A stretch of DNA of 64,000 nt from Candidatus Latescibacterota bacterium. GTDB taxonomy: Bacteria > Latescibacterota > UBA2968 > UBA8231. The notes beneath the pieces were generated by a model, which did not search any database, was not told the DNA's origin, and worked only from the letters and a program-made list of their open reading frames with translations. Below are positions 19,665-30,146 of the stretch, one piece after another (the first letter of the stretch is position 1; each line of letters begins with the position of its first letter). The stretch is from contig CBDCSU010000004.1 of the NCBI GenBank assembly GCA_965221775.1, positions 672,001 to 736,000 of the forward strand, in the 5' to 3' direction. A program made the translations under genes and the position numbers.

Positions 19665-21043
19665 GGGCGGCTGGACGGCGCGTTGTGCTCGTTGTTGCGG
19701 AAGGCCTCCGACTCGTAGCAGGCGGAATCGCGCCCGCCGGTCTCACGCCACCAGGCGTCGGCCTGCTCCGCGAGGCGGCTCTCGACCCCGGCGTGGTCCG
19801 GGCGGCCGGAGAGGTTGGTCAGCTCGTGGGGATCCGCCGCCAGGTGGTAAAGCTCGGTGGCCCCCTCCTCCCCTTCCCCGAAGTATCGGACGTACTTCCA
19901 GTCGCGGGTGCGCACCCCGTAGAAGGGGTGCACGCCCCAGTAGGCGGCGTAGTGCTCGAAGAACACGGCCTCCTGCGCGGGATGGCCCCCGGCCGCCAGC
20001 GCCGCGCACAGGTCCCCGTGAGGGAAGCCGGCTTCCACCCCGGCGAGGGCGGCCAGCGTGCCGGCCACCTGCACGGAGGAAACCAGATCGTCCACCTGCC
20101 GCCGGCGCGGGACCTCGCCCCGGGGCGGCTTCAGCAGAAAGGGGACGCGGTACAGCTCGTCATAGGGCAGGGTCCCCTTCAGCCGCATGCGGTGGCCGGC
20201 CATCATGTCTCCGTGATCGCTGATGACGGCCACCATCGTGTCGTCCCACGGGCCGAGGCGGCGGAACTCGGCGGCCACCTCGCCGAAGTGGGCGTCGGCC
20301 TGGGCGATCATCGAGTAGTACTGCGCCAGCATCTCCCGCGCCTCCTCCCCGGAGCCGGCGCCGTGGCGGCCGTCGGCGGCGTGGGCGGCCTGGAAGGCGG
20401 GCTTGCCCTCGAAGCTCTCGGCCTCGTAGCTGGCCGGCAGCTCGAGCGAGGCGGCGTCGAAGCGGTCCCGGAAGGCGGGCTCGTGGAAGAAGGGCGGATG
20501 CGGCAGGTTGGTTGAGAAGGTGAGGAACAGCGGCCGGCCGTCGGGCTCGTACCCGCGCAGCCACTGCACCGTGTCCCGCGCCGCCACGTAGTCCCGGCGC
20601 AGCCCGGCGGGCACGTGAGCGATGCCGGTGCGCTCCGCCTCGCCGTCGTCGACGCGCACCCCGTCGTGGTCGATCCCCTCGTCGTAGCCAAGTTCCGCCA
20701 GAGGCACGCCGAAGTGGCACTTGCCGAAGTACGCGGTGCGGTAGCCGGCCTCGCGGAAGACCTGCCCCAGGGTGGGGAACCTCGTCGGGGAGAGGCGGCC
20801 CTGGTGGCCGTGGAAGCCGTAGTTGACGATCACCCCGCACTCGTGGGGATAGCGGCCGGTGACCAAGGACGCGCGCGACGGCACGCACTGGCCGTGGGCG
20901 CTGATCATGTGGGTGAAGTGGACCCCCTCCGCGGCCAGGGAATCGAGGAAGGGGGTGTGCGCCACCGGATCGCCGGCGCAGCCCATGCGCGGCGCCTGCA
21001 TCTGGTCGCACAGGAGGAGCAGGACGTGCGGGCGGCCGCCCAC
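19661..21043 (-). CDS. Cys-type sulfatase / sulfatase-like hydrolase
   Basis: CVPSRASLVTG formylglycine motif; GYRTAYFGKCH, SDHGD, ELYHLAADPHE. Confidence 0.92.
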   Translation of the reverse strand: MGGRPHVLLLLCDQMQAPRMGCAGDPVAHTPFLDSLAAEGVHFTHMISAHGQCVPSRASLVTGRYPHECGVIVNYGFHGHQGRLSPTRFPTLGQVFREAGYRTAYFGKCHFGVPLAELGYDEGIDHDGVRVDDGEAERTGIAHVPAGLRRDYVAARDTVQWLRGYEPDGRPLFLTFSTNLPHPPFFHEPAFRDRFDAASLELPASYEAESFEGKPAFQAAHAADGRHGAGSGEEAREMLAQYYSMIAQADAHFGEVAAEFRRLGPWDDTMVAVISDHGDMMAGHRMRLKGTLPYDELYRVPFLLKPPRGEVPRRRQVDDLVSSVQVAGTLAALAGVEAGFPHGDLCAALAAGGHPAQEAVFFEHYAAYWGVHPFYGVRTRDWKYVRYFGEGEEGATELYHLAADPHELTNLSGRPDHAGVESRLAEQADAWWRETGGRDSACYESEAFRNNEHNAPSSRP

Positions 21044-21044
21044 C

Positions 21045-21962
21045 TCAGACCCGCAGCCGCTCGAGCTCGTCCTCGGAGAGCTCGTCGTCGCCGGCGGCGG
21101 CGTTCATGGCGGCCTGCTCCGGCGACTTGGCGCCGGGGATGGCCACCGGGTTCACCGGGTGGGAGATGACGTAGCCCAGGGCGGTGGAGATCATGTCCTG
21201 CGGCTCCACGCGCTCGCGCAGGAGGTCGACCTGCCGCAGCTGCTCCAGGTACTGCTCGCGGCCGGCTCCCCCCTCGTTGTACCCGGAGCGGATGTCGTCG
21301 GTGAAGACCGACTCCGGGGTGTAGCGCCCCGACAGCAGGCCCTTGGCCAGCGGCCCCCGCACCATGACGGCGATCTCCTGGGCCCGGCAGTAGGGCAGCA
21401 GCTCGGCCTCGCAGCGGCGCTGGATGATCGACCAGTCGACCTGCACCACCTTGCAGCCGCCGTCGTGGTTGAAGCGCCGCAGCACCTCCAGGCTGTTGGT
21501 GGAGATGCCGAAGCAGCGCAGCCGGCCCTCCTCCTGCAGGGCGCGGAAGCCGTCGAGATAGACCGACGGGTCCTCGATCTCGCCGTCGTGGCAGAGGAGG
21601 ACATCGTGGTAGTCGGTGCGCAGGCGGTGGAGGGAGGCGTGGGCGCAGAGGCGGATCATGTCGACCGAGGTCTTGGGAACCCCCTGGCCGGTGCGCTTGC
21701 CCCAGTTGCCGATCTTGCTGACCACGTGGACCTCGTGGCGGATGCCGGCCAGGGCCCGGCCCAGGCGCTCCTCGGAGAGGCCGTTGGGGAGGCCGTACGA
21801 CTCGGCCGTGTCGAAGAGGTTCATGCCGTGGTCGAAGGCGGCGCGCACGGTGGCGAAGGCCGTGGGGTCGTCCACCGGCCCCCACTGGTTGCCGATGTTC
21901 CAGGTCCCGAGGCCGATGGCCGAGACCTTCCACCCGGTGCGTCCGAAGTCCCGGTACAGCAT
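21045..21962 (-). CDS. aldo/keto reductase
   Basis: GLGTW, FDTAESYG, SLHRLRTDY, PLAKGLLSG, AIPGAK. Confidence 0.93.
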   Translation of the reverse strand: MLYRDFGRTGWKVSAIGLGTWNIGNQWGPVDDPTAFATVRAAFDHGMNLFDTAESYGLPNGLSEERLGRALAGIRHEVHVVSKIGNWGKRTGQGVPKTSVDMIRLCAHASLHRLRTDYHDVLLCHDGEIEDPSVYLDGFRALQEEGRLRCFGISTNSLEVLRRFNHDGGCKVVQVDWSIIQRRCEAELLPYCRAQEIAVMVRGPLAKGLLSGRYTPESVFTDDIRSGYNEGGAGREQYLEQLRQVDLLRERVEPQDMISTALGYVISHPVNPVAIPGAKSPEQAAMNAAAGDDELSEDELERLRV

Positions 21963-22084
21963 CAGAGCCTCTCCCCCGAGGTATATTCCCTGGTCATGGA
22001 AGCGCCATCCGAAGGCCGCGGCGCCGCGCGCGGCTCGAATCTAACGCCGCCCCCGGGCCGGCACCACGACGGCGGCTCCCGCCC

Positions 22085-23143
22085 GTGAACGTCGCCCTGC
22101 TGCTCTCCGGCGGCGTCGACAGCTCCGTCGCCCTGCACCTGCTCCAGGAGTCGGGGGAGCACGAGATCACCGCCTTCTACCTGAAGGTCTGGCTCGAGGA
22201 CGAGGTCCACACCTTCGGCGGCGGCTGCCCCTGGGAGGAGGACCTGCGCTACGTGCGAGCCACCTGCGAGGCCGCCGGGGTCCCGCTGCGCATCGTGCCC
22301 CTCCAGGCGGAGTACCGCGAGCGCGTCGTCGAGCAGGTCCTGGCCGAGCTGCGCCGCGGCGGCACCCCGAGCCCGGACATCCTCTGCAACCGGCGGGTCA
22401 AGTTCGGCGCCTTCCTCGACCACCTGGACGGCGGCGCCGACCGGATCGCCTCCGGTCACTACGCCCGCGTCGAGCGCGGCCCCGGCGGCCGCTGCCGCCT
22501 GCTGCGCGGCGCCGACCCGGTGAAGGACCAGACCTACTTCCTCTCCCACGTCACCCAGGACCAGCTCTCGCGCCTGGTCTTCCCCGTGGGCCACCTGGCC
22601 AAGAGCGAGGTCCGCCGCCTGGCCCGAGGCTTCGGCCTGCCGGCGCGCCGGCGCCCCGACAGCCAGGGGATCTGCTTCCTCGGCAAGATCGATTACCGGG
22701 AGTTCGTCGAGTTTCACCTCGGGCGGCGGCCGGGAGCGATCGTCGACGCCGACACCGGGCGGCGCCTGGGCGAGCACCGGGGCTACTGGTTCCACACCAT
22801 CGGCCAGCGCTTCGGCCTCGGCCTGAGCGGCGGCCCTTGGTACGTGGTGGACAAGGAGGTGGAGGAGAACCTGATCCGCGTCGTCCACGGCGACCGCCGG
22901 CGGGAGCGCAGCCGCCGCGTCCTCGAGGTGGCGGACGCCAACTGGATCGACGGGCCGCCCGCCGCCGAGAGGCTGCAGGTCCGGCTGCGGCACGGGCCCG
23001 GGAGCATCGGCTGCCTCCTGGAGCCGGCCGCCCCCGGCCGCTGGCGCATCACCCTCGACGAGGCGGATTCGGGCGTGGCCCCCGGCCAGCACGCCGTGCT
23101 CTACGACGGCGAGACCTGCCTCGGCGGCGCCGTCATCCGCTGA
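22085..23143 (+). CDS. mnmA: tRNA 2-thiouridine(34) synthase
   Basis: SGGVDSS, TPSPDILCN, SGHYA, KDQTYFL, DSQGICF, HTIGQR, APGQ. Confidence 0.96.
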   Translation: MNVALLLSGGVDSSVALHLLQESGEHEITAFYLKVWLEDEVHTFGGGCPWEEDLRYVRATCEAAGVPLRIVPLQAEYRERVVEQVLAELRRGGTPSPDILCNRRVKFGAFLDHLDGGADRIASGHYARVERGPGGRCRLLRGADPVKDQTYFLSHVTQDQLSRLVFPVGHLAKSEVRRLARGFGLPARRRPDSQGICFLGKIDYREFVEFHLGRRPGAIVDADTGRRLGEHRGYWFHTIGQRFGLGLSGGPWYVVDKEVEENLIRVVHGDRRRERSRRVLEVADANWIDGPPAAERLQVRLRHGPGSIGCLLEPAAPGRWRITLDEADSGVAPGQHAVLYDGETCLGGAVIR

Positions 23144-23144
23144 C

Positions 23145-23924
23145 ATGGAGGCCGCGGGCAGGACCGGTCCCGAGGAGCTGACGGCGCTCCTGCGCGAGGC
23201 CTCGCGGATCTTCCTGTTCACCGGCGCCGGCATCTCCACCGGCAGCGGCATCCCCGACTTCCGCGGCCCCCGGGGCGTCTGGAGGACGCGGCGCCCCGTG
23301 TACTACCAGGACTTCCTGCGCTCCGAGGAGGCCCGCGTCGAGCACTGGGACTTCAAGCTCGAGGGCTGGCCCCTCTTCCGCGACGCCGCGCCGACCCCCG
23401 CCCACGAGGCGGTCGCCGCCCTGGAACGGGCCGGCAAGGTCGGCCTGGTGGTCACCCAGAACGTGGACGGCCTCCACGCCCGCGCCGGCACCTCCCCGGA
23501 GAGGCTGGTGGAGATCCACGGCACCAACGACGCCGTCGAGTGCCTGACCTGCGGGAGCCGCTCCGACCCGGAGCCGCACCTGGAGGCCTTCGAGCGCACC
23601 CGGGTGCCGCCCCGCTGCGCCTGTGGCGGCCTGCTGAAGTCGGCCACCATCAGCTTCGGACAGGACTTGGTGGCCGCCGACCTCGAGCGCGCCGCCGCCG
23701 GCGCCCGGAGCGCGGACCTGGCCGTCTCCCTCGGCTCGACCCTGTCGGTGTACCCGGCCGCCTCCCTGCCCCTGGCGGCGGCCGCCGGCGGCGCCCCCTA
23801 CGCCATCATCAACCGCGGCGAGACCGAGCACGACGGCCGTCCCGAGGTCAGCCTGCGCCTGGAGGGCGACGTGCAGGAGCTGTTCCCGCCGGCGGTGGAG
23901 GCGGCCCTGGCCGGCGGCGGCTGA
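23145..23924 (+). CDS. Sir2-family NAD-dependent protein deacylase
   Basis: GAGISTGSGIPDFRG, TQNVDGLH, HG, CxxC/CxC zinc motif, GSTLSVYPA. Confidence 0.93.
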   Translation: MEAAGRTGPEELTALLREASRIFLFTGAGISTGSGIPDFRGPRGVWRTRRPVYYQDFLRSEEARVEHWDFKLEGWPLFRDAAPTPAHEAVAALERAGKVGLVVTQNVDGLHARAGTSPERLVEIHGTNDAVECLTCGSRSDPEPHLEAFERTRVPPRCACGGLLKSATISFGQDLVAADLERAAAGARSADLAVSLGSTLSVYPAASLPLAAAAGGAPYAIINRGETEHDGRPEVSLRLEGDVQELFPPAVEAALAGGG

Positions 23925-24243
23925 TCCGGGGGCCACGGGTCCGGCAACTCCGGGCACCAGCCCCTCCGCGGGGAGCGGGTTGCGCAGATTGGCGCCCGCC
24001 CGGGGGGACCACCTGGCGCCGGGGAGGCTTCCCGGCACCGTCCGGCCTCCCGGGGCCCCGGCCTCTGCGCCGGGAGCGGGTCACGCCGGCGGCCGGCCCC
24101 CGAGGGGCCTGGATGCCCCGCCAGACTCGAACTCGAGCCCGTCCGCCGGCGGTGGCGGCAGCCCTTACCGACGGCACCTGATCCGGCGGGGGCCCTGAAG
24201 ACCCCCGGGACAGGCGTCCCCGGCTTCCCTATCTTCGGCCGCC

Positions 24244-24993
24244 ATGGAGCCATCCGACACCGACGGCAGCCCCTACCGAGCCCTCTCGGCCGACCAGATC
24301 GAGACCTTCCGCCGGCAGGGGTTCGTGGTCCCCGGGATCCGGCTGGAGGCGGAGGAGGTGGAGTCCCTCGGCCGCGAGTACGACCGCGTCTTCGCCGAGG
24401 CCCGCGGCTCCGAGCGCCTGCGCAATCTCTCCGGCGAGGACGCCGACGAGGAGATGCTGCAGATCACCCAGGTCTGCGAGCGCAGCCTGGAGTTCCGCCG
24501 GCTCCTGTACCACCCGCGCATCCTCGACGCGGTGGAGGACCTGCTCGGCCCCAACATCCAGCTCTTCCACGACCAGGCCCTCTACAAGCCCGCCCACCAC
24601 GGCGGCCCCATCCACTGGCACCAGGACAACGCCTACTGGCAGTGCCTGCCCGCGGACCTGGTGAGCTGCTGGCTCACCTTCGACGAGGTCAACGCCGACA
24701 ACGGCGCCATGCACCTGATCCCGGGCTCGCACGTGGCCCCCGTCGAGCACCAACGCGGCGACGTCCTCCTGGACGCCGGCACCGACGGCGCCGACTCCGC
24801 CTTCGTCGCCGACCTGCCGGCGGGGGGTTTCATGTTCCACCACTGCCAGACCCTGCACCACACCCGGCCGAACCGCACCGGCCGCAGACGCCGCGCCTTC
24901 GCCATCCACTACATGCGGCCGGGGACCCGTTCCTCCCGTGTGGGAGAGATGCCGATCAGCTTCTCCTGCCCTCTGTTGCGCTGCCGTATCTAA
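24244..24993 (+). CDS. phytanoyl-CoA dioxygenase (PhyH) family 2OG-Fe(II) oxygenase
   Basis: WHQD, NGAMHLIPGSH, TLH...NRT..RRA. Confidence 0.9.
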   Translation: MEPSDTDGSPYRALSADQIETFRRQGFVVPGIRLEAEEVESLGREYDRVFAEARGSERLRNLSGEDADEEMLQITQVCERSLEFRRLLYHPRILDAVEDLLGPNIQLFHDQALYKPAHHGGPIHWHQDNAYWQCLPADLVSCWLTFDEVNADNGAMHLIPGSHVAPVEHQRGDVLLDAGTDGADSAFVADLPAGGFMFHHCQTLHHTRPNRTGRRRRAFAIHYMRPGTRSSRVGEMPISFSCPLLRCRI

Positions 24994-25001
24994 CTGCTTC
25001 T

Positions 25002-26456
25002 GTGAAGTCCCGCCCCACGCTTTCCGGCCCTCTCCTCGACGATCTCCGGTCGATCCTCGGGGACCGCCTGAGCACCTCCGCCGCCGACCGCGAGGCCCGC
25101 GCCCGGGACGCCTCCCACCACCGCCCGGAGCCGCCCGACGCCGTCGCCTTCCCCACCTCCACCGGCGAGATCGCCCGGCTCCTGGCCGCCTGCTCCCGCC
25201 ACCGCTTCCCCGTCATCCCCCACGGGGCCGGCACCGCCGTGGAGGGCGGGATCGTCGCCGTCCACGGCGGCCTCTGCCTGGACCTGCGGCGCATGGACCG
25301 CATCCTCGAGGTGAACGCCGCCGACATGGATGTCCGCGTCGAGGCCGGCGTGCGCCGCAAGCAGCTCAACCGCCACCTCGAGGAGACCGGCACGGGGCTG
25401 CACTTCCCCGTCGATCCCGGCGCCGACGCCACCCTCGGCGGCATGGCCGCCACCCGCGCCTCCGGCACCGAGGCCGTGGGCTACGGCACCATGCGCGAGA
25501 ACGTCCTCGGCCTCACGGCGGTGCTCGCCGACGGCCGCGTGGTGCGCACCGGCACCCGGGCCCGCAAGTCCGCCGCCGGCTACGACCTGACCCGCCTCCT
25601 CGTCGGCTCCGAGGGCACCCTGGCGGTGATCACCGAGGTCGGCCTGCGCCTGGCGCCGGTGCCGCCGGCGACGGCGGCCGCCGTCTGCCCCTTCCCCGCG
25701 GTGGCGGCGGCCGTGGACTGCGTCCTCGAGCTGCTCCCCGGTCCGGCGCCGGCCCGCTGCGAGCTGCTCGACGAGGTGCAGATGGAGGCGACCCGCCGCT
25801 ACGCCGGCCTCGACCACGATCCGCGGCCGACCCTGTTCCTGGAGTTCCACGGCACCGCCGAGCGCGTCGAGGAGGCCGCCCGGGCCGCGGACGGGATCGC
25901 CTCCCGCTTCGGCGGCGGGCCCTTCCGCTGGGCCACCGAGCCGGCCGAGCGCGAGCGCCTGTGGCAGGCGCGGCACGACGGCTACTACGCCAGCCTCGCC
26001 CTGCGGCCGGGGTCGGTGGGGTACGTGACCGACGTCTGCGTCCCCGTGTCGAGCCTGGCCGAGTGCATCGACCGCACCCGGCGCGAGATCGACGCCTGCG
26101 GCCTGACGGCACCCCTCTACGGCCACGTGGGGGACGGCAACTTCCACGTGGTCGTCCTCATCGATCCGGACGACCCCGGGGAGCTGGACACGGCCCGCCG
26201 CCTCGGCGAGCGGATCGTCGATCACGCCCTCGACCTGGGGGGCACGTGCAGCGGCGAGCACGGCATCGGCCTCGGCAAGGTCGACGCCCTGGAGCGCGAG
26301 TGCGGCGACGCCGTGGAGGTCATGGCCGCCATCAAGGCGGCCCTCGATCCGGCGGGCCTCCTCAACCCCGGCAAGGTGCTGCGGCCCCGGGGGGATTGTG
26401 CTATCGTAGGCCGCCCCGAACCGCCCCCGAACCCCATGAAGGCCACGAACCCATGA
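25002..26456 (+). CDS. FAD-linked oxidase (GlcD/D-lactate dehydrogenase family)
   Basis: FPVDPGADATLGGM, GSEGTL, GHVGDGNFH, SGEHGIG, LNPGK; GTG 25002 in frame. Confidence 0.92.
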   Translation: MKSRPTLSGPLLDDLRSILGDRLSTSAADREARARDASHHRPEPPDAVAFPTSTGEIARLLAACSRHRFPVIPHGAGTAVEGGIVAVHGGLCLDLRRMDRILEVNAADMDVRVEAGVRRKQLNRHLEETGTGLHFPVDPGADATLGGMAATRASGTEAVGYGTMRENVLGLTAVLADGRVVRTGTRARKSAAGYDLTRLLVGSEGTLAVITEVGLRLAPVPPATAAAVCPFPAVAAAVDCVLELLPGPAPARCELLDEVQMEATRRYAGLDHDPRPTLFLEFHGTAERVEEAARAADGIASRFGGGPFRWATEPAERERLWQARHDGYYASLALRPGSVGYVTDVCVPVSSLAECIDRTRREIDACGLTAPLYGHVGDGNFHVVVLIDPDDPGELDTARRLGERIVDHALDLGGTCSGEHGIGLGKVDALERECGDAVEVMAAIKAALDPAGLLNPGKVLRPRGDCAIVGRPEPPPNPMKATNP

Positions 26457-27670
26457 AGATCACCGACGTCGAGACGATCCTCATCAACCTGAAGCTGGCG
26501 GCGCGCAACGCCGGCCAGAAGCCCCGCTTCAGCGGCATCGACACGCAGACGATCTACAAGGTCGTCCTCGACAACGGCGTCGTCGGCTGGGGGGACACGC
26601 GCGGCCACGCCGCCATGTCCGACGACGGCAAGGCCGCCCTCGTGGGCACGAACCCGGTCCTGCACCTCTCCGCCGACCATCCCACGGGGCTCCACGGCGC
26701 CCTCTACGACGCCGTCGGCAAGAGCCTGGAGGTGCCGGCCTGGGCGCTGATGGGGCGCAAGCACCGGGACCGCGTCCCCGTCGCCGCCTGGACCCGCCCC
26801 GCCTCCCCGGAGGACCTGGCCGCCGAGGTGCAGCGCTCGGTGGACGAGGGCTACATGTACTTCAAGGTCCACACCTGCGACTACTACTGCGTCATCGAGC
26901 AGACCCGCGCCGTGGAGGACGTGGCGCCCGCCGGCTTCAAGATGCACTACGACTTCAACCACAACCGCACCTCGACCTCGGTCATGCGCCTCGTCGACGA
27001 GATCGAGAAGTCGTGGGTCGTGGGCGTGCTGGAGGACCCCCTCGTGTGGCGCGACGTCGACGGCTGGCGGCGGCTCCGGGAGAAGACCTCCCTGCCCCTG
27101 CTCATGCACGTGCCCGCCCTCGGCGCCGGCCCCGAGATCATCAATGGCTGCGCCGACCTCTACATGATCGGCGAGCACGGCATCCCCCTCTCCATCCGCC
27201 GCGGCCACGCCTGCGCCGAGGCCAACGTCTCCACCGTCATCCAGCTCACCGGGGGCACCCTGAGCAAGGCGATGGGCCTGCACCTGGCCGCGGTCCTGCC
27301 CAACGTGAGCCACATGACCAACCTCGACGACCAGTACGACGAGGACGTCACCGGGGGCCGCATCGAGGTCGCCGAGGGCAGCTCCCCCATCCCCGACGGC
27401 CCCGGACTCGGCGTCGAGGTGGACGAGAGCGAACTCGAGCGCATCCGCAGAAACCCCAAGACCGTGATCCCCCAGCACATCTGCGTCCTCCACATGCCGC
27501 GGGGAGGCCGCTACTACACGCGGGGCTACCCCGGCGTCGAGAGGATGACCGGCTTCCCCGAGGGCAATGTCCGGGGGATCCGCCTGGAAGTGTGGGAGGA
27601 GGACGGCTCCGAGGCCTGGCGGCAGCGATGGGAGAGCCTGGCCGGCGGCTGGGTGCTGGAGACGAGCTGA
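26453..27670 (+). CDS. mandelate racemase/muconate lactonizing enzyme family protein
   Basis: MKITDVET start, ALYDAVGKSLEVP, DFN, LEDP, PDGPGLGVEVDE; ATGA coupling. Confidence 0.85.
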   Translation: MKITDVETILINLKLAARNAGQKPRFSGIDTQTIYKVVLDNGVVGWGDTRGHAAMSDDGKAALVGTNPVLHLSADHPTGLHGALYDAVGKSLEVPAWALMGRKHRDRVPVAAWTRPASPEDLAAEVQRSVDEGYMYFKVHTCDYYCVIEQTRAVEDVAPAGFKMHYDFNHNRTSTSVMRLVDEIEKSWVVGVLEDPLVWRDVDGWRRLREKTSLPLLMHVPALGAGPEIINGCADLYMIGEHGIPLSIRRGHACAEANVSTVIQLTGGTLSKAMGLHLAAVLPNVSHMTNLDDQYDEDVTGGRIEVAEGSSPIPDGPGLGVEVDESELERIRRNPKTVIPQHICVLHMPRGGRYYTRGYPGVERMTGFPEGNVRGIRLEVWEEDGSEAWRQRWESLAGGWVLETS

Positions 27671-27690
27671 CGGCGCCCGGCGCCGACCTC

Positions 27691-28527
27691 GTGACTCACG
27701 GGCCCCGCTTCGAGCCGGAGGTCTTCCCGCCGGCGGGCGACCTCGGCCGGTGCCTGTTCTTCGCCTTCCGCGGCGACCTGCTGCTCTACCGCGCCGAGTC
27801 GGCCCACGGCGACGGTCTGCTGCCGAAGGCGGCCTCCTTCGAGGAGATCGCCCCCGCCTTCGGGGACCCCCACTATCTCGGCCGCAGCGGCGGCCTCCAC
27901 TGCTTCGCCGTCGATCTCGGCGACGACGCCGAGCCCCCGGCGGGGATGGATCTGCAGGGCCTGCGCAGCCTCTACGGCGCCCTCGACGAGGAGACCTTCC
28001 AGCTCGCCGGGCGCGCCTTCCAGATCCTCGACTGGGACCGCACCCACCGGTTCTGCGGCCGCTGCGGCGCCGCCACCCGGCCCCACGACAGCGACCGCGC
28101 CCGCCAGTGCCCGGCCTGCGGCCTGCTCTGCTTCCCGCGGGTGGCGCCGGCGGTGATCACCCTGATCCACAAGGGGGCGGAGTTCCTGCTGGCGCGCAAC
28201 GCCCGTTTCCCCCGGGGCCGCTACTCGATCATCGCCGGCTTCGTCGAGCCCGGCGAGACCCTGGAGGAGGCCGTGGCCCGCGAGATCCGCGAGGAGGTGG
28301 GCCTGGAGGTCACCGAGATCGCGTACCAGTCCAGCCAGCCCTGGCCCTTCCCGCACTCCCTCATGGTCGGGTTCCGGGCGCGCTGGGCCGGCGGCGAGAT
28401 CGCCGTCGACGACGACGAGATCGTCGACGCCGGCTGGTACAGCGCCCGCCGGCTGCCGCCATCGCTGCCCGACCCGATCAGCATCTCCCGGCGCCTGATC
28501 GACGCCTTTCTCGCCGAGCACCCGTGA
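27691..28527 (+). CDS. nudC: NADH pyrophosphatase
   Basis: RFCGRCG/CPACG zinc ribbon, Nudix box GFVEPGETLEEAVAREIREEVG, SQPWPFPHS. Confidence 0.95.
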   Translation: MTHGPRFEPEVFPPAGDLGRCLFFAFRGDLLLYRAESAHGDGLLPKAASFEEIAPAFGDPHYLGRSGGLHCFAVDLGDDAEPPAGMDLQGLRSLYGALDEETFQLAGRAFQILDWDRTHRFCGRCGAATRPHDSDRARQCPACGLLCFPRVAPAVITLIHKGAEFLLARNARFPRGRYSIIAGFVEPGETLEEAVAREIREEVGLEVTEIAYQSSQPWPFPHSLMVGFRARWAGGEIAVDDDEIVDAGWYSARRLPPSLPDPISISRRLIDAFLAEHP

Positions 28528-29180
28528 TGGCCGCGGCCCGGGCGCTGACCAAGGCCGAGAAGGCGGCCTTCATCCTGGAGACCCTCGACGGCCTCTACCC
28601 GATGCCGCCGATCCCGCTGTCCCACCGCAGCCCCTACGAGCTGCTCATCGCCGTGCTGCTCTCGGCGCAGACCACGGACGTCAAGGTCAACGAGGTGACC
28701 CCCGCCCTCTTCGCCCGCGCCGACACGCCCGAGAAGATGGTGAAGCTGGAGGTGGAGGAGATCCTGGAGATCGTGCGCACCGTGGGGCTGGCCCCGGGCA
28801 AGTCGAGGAACATCCACCGCCTCTCGGAGCTGCTCCTGGAGCGCCACGACGGCCGGGTGCCGGAGAGCCTGGAGGAGCTGGAGGCCCTGCCCGGCGTCGG
28901 CCACAAGACCGCCTCCGTCGTCGTCGCCCAGGCCTTCGGGAAGCCCGCCTTCCCCGTGGACACCCACATCCACCGCCTCGCCTTTCGCTGGGGACTGTCG
29001 AGCGGCCGCAACGTCGAGCAGACCGAGAAGGACCTGAAGCGCGTCTTCCCCGAGGAGACCTGGAACCGCCTCCACCTGCAGATCATCTACTTCGGCCGCG
29101 AGCACTGCCCGGCCCGCGGCCACGACCTCGCCTCCTGCCCCCTGTGCAGCGTCGTGGGGCGGCGGAGCCTGCTGAAGTAG
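28527..29180 (+). CDS. nth: endonuclease III
   Basis: LLSAQTTD, HhH LPGVGHKTA, VDTH, C-terminal Cys cluster. Confidence 0.95.
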   Translation: MAAARALTKAEKAAFILETLDGLYPMPPIPLSHRSPYELLIAVLLSAQTTDVKVNEVTPALFARADTPEKMVKLEVEEILEIVRTVGLAPGKSRNIHRLSELLLERHDGRVPESLEELEALPGVGHKTASVVVAQAFGKPAFPVDTHIHRLAFRWGLSSGRNVEQTEKDLKRVFPEETWNRLHLQIIYFGREHCPARGHDLASCPLCSVVGRRSLLK

Positions 29181-29183
29181 CTC

Positions 29184-29396
29184 GTGGCAAGCCAATCCGA
29201 GACGAGACAGGGAGGGTCTCGACAACTTCGCGCGGAGCGCAGTCGTCGGATAGCCGAGGTGGAGGACCCCGACGCCGGCTTGGAGATACGCGTAGTATTC
29301 GCCGGCCAGTTGAGGGAGGCACTGAAGACTGCAGCTCGGGGCGGCGCAACTCTTTCGGCCGCTCAGGCAGCCAGGAGACAGGGCCTGTCCTGGTGA
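29184..29396 (+). pseudogene. probable degenerate antitoxin-like small protein remnant
   Basis: C-terminal EDPDAGLEIR...AAQAARRQGLSW resembles, from recall, a small putative-antitoxin family (DPDxGLEL...A.RLGL.W); N-terminus looks non-coding. Confidence 0.4.
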
Positions 29397-29484
29397 CCCG
29401 AGAGCGCGTCTTCCCTACGTCGGCCGAGAGCACTGCCTGGCGGGCTTGCCCTCTATGGAGTGGTGATTGACAATCACTATCGCC

Positions 29485-30146
29485 ATGGAAACCCGGGGGA
29501 TGGAGGATGTCTTCGTGGCCGCGGCGCGGCTGTGGAGTTGGTGCCCGACGCCGTTCTGGTCGGTGGTTCCGCGGCCGTTCACCACGCCGGACACCGGGTA
29601 TCGCTCGACGACGGCCATGTCCTCCAGAACCTGCGCGATCGCTTCGACGATGTTCTGGCCGATCTCGAGGCAACCGAGGGTTGGATCACGGCGCGAGTGC
29701 AGCGGCCGGTGCTGATCCTGGGACGTCTCGACGGTGTGGAAACGGGGATCCGGAACCTCGTCCGCCGGCGGCCCCTGGAGGTCGAAGAGGCGGCGGTCGG
29801 AGAACGCAGCTTGCGGGTGCCGACCCTGTCCGAGATCGCCCGCATCAAGGCGTGGCTCTGCCTGATGCGGAATGCAACCCGCGACTATCTCGATTTCGCC
29901 GCCCTTGGCGACCGACTTGGCGACCGGGAGGCGGTTGGCGTGATCGTGGAGATGGACCGCTACTACGCCGATCAACTCGGGCCCGGCGGCCGCCGTGTCG
30001 CCACCCAGGTGGCCAGGCAACTGGCCGAACCCCGTCCCGACGACCTGTCGGAAGTGGATCGATGGCGCGACTGGCGGACCGTGGCCGACGCCTGCCGCCG
30101 GATCGCCGTCGGAGCCCTCGATCGGCTCGCGGGGGATTCGCCGTGA
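29485..30146 (+). pseudogene. frameshifted AbiEii/MenT-like nucleotidyltransferase
   Basis: METRGMEDVFVAAARL (frame of 29485) joins ELVPDAVLVGGSA...HRVSLDDGH...K...RNATRDYLD in another frame at ~29533. Confidence 0.6.

Noticed and set aside
23925-24243. GC-rich 320-nt spacer with possible hairpins; considered SRP RNA or a riboswitch
   Set aside because: No SRP domain IV or riboswitch consensus recognised; hairpins are expected by chance at this GC
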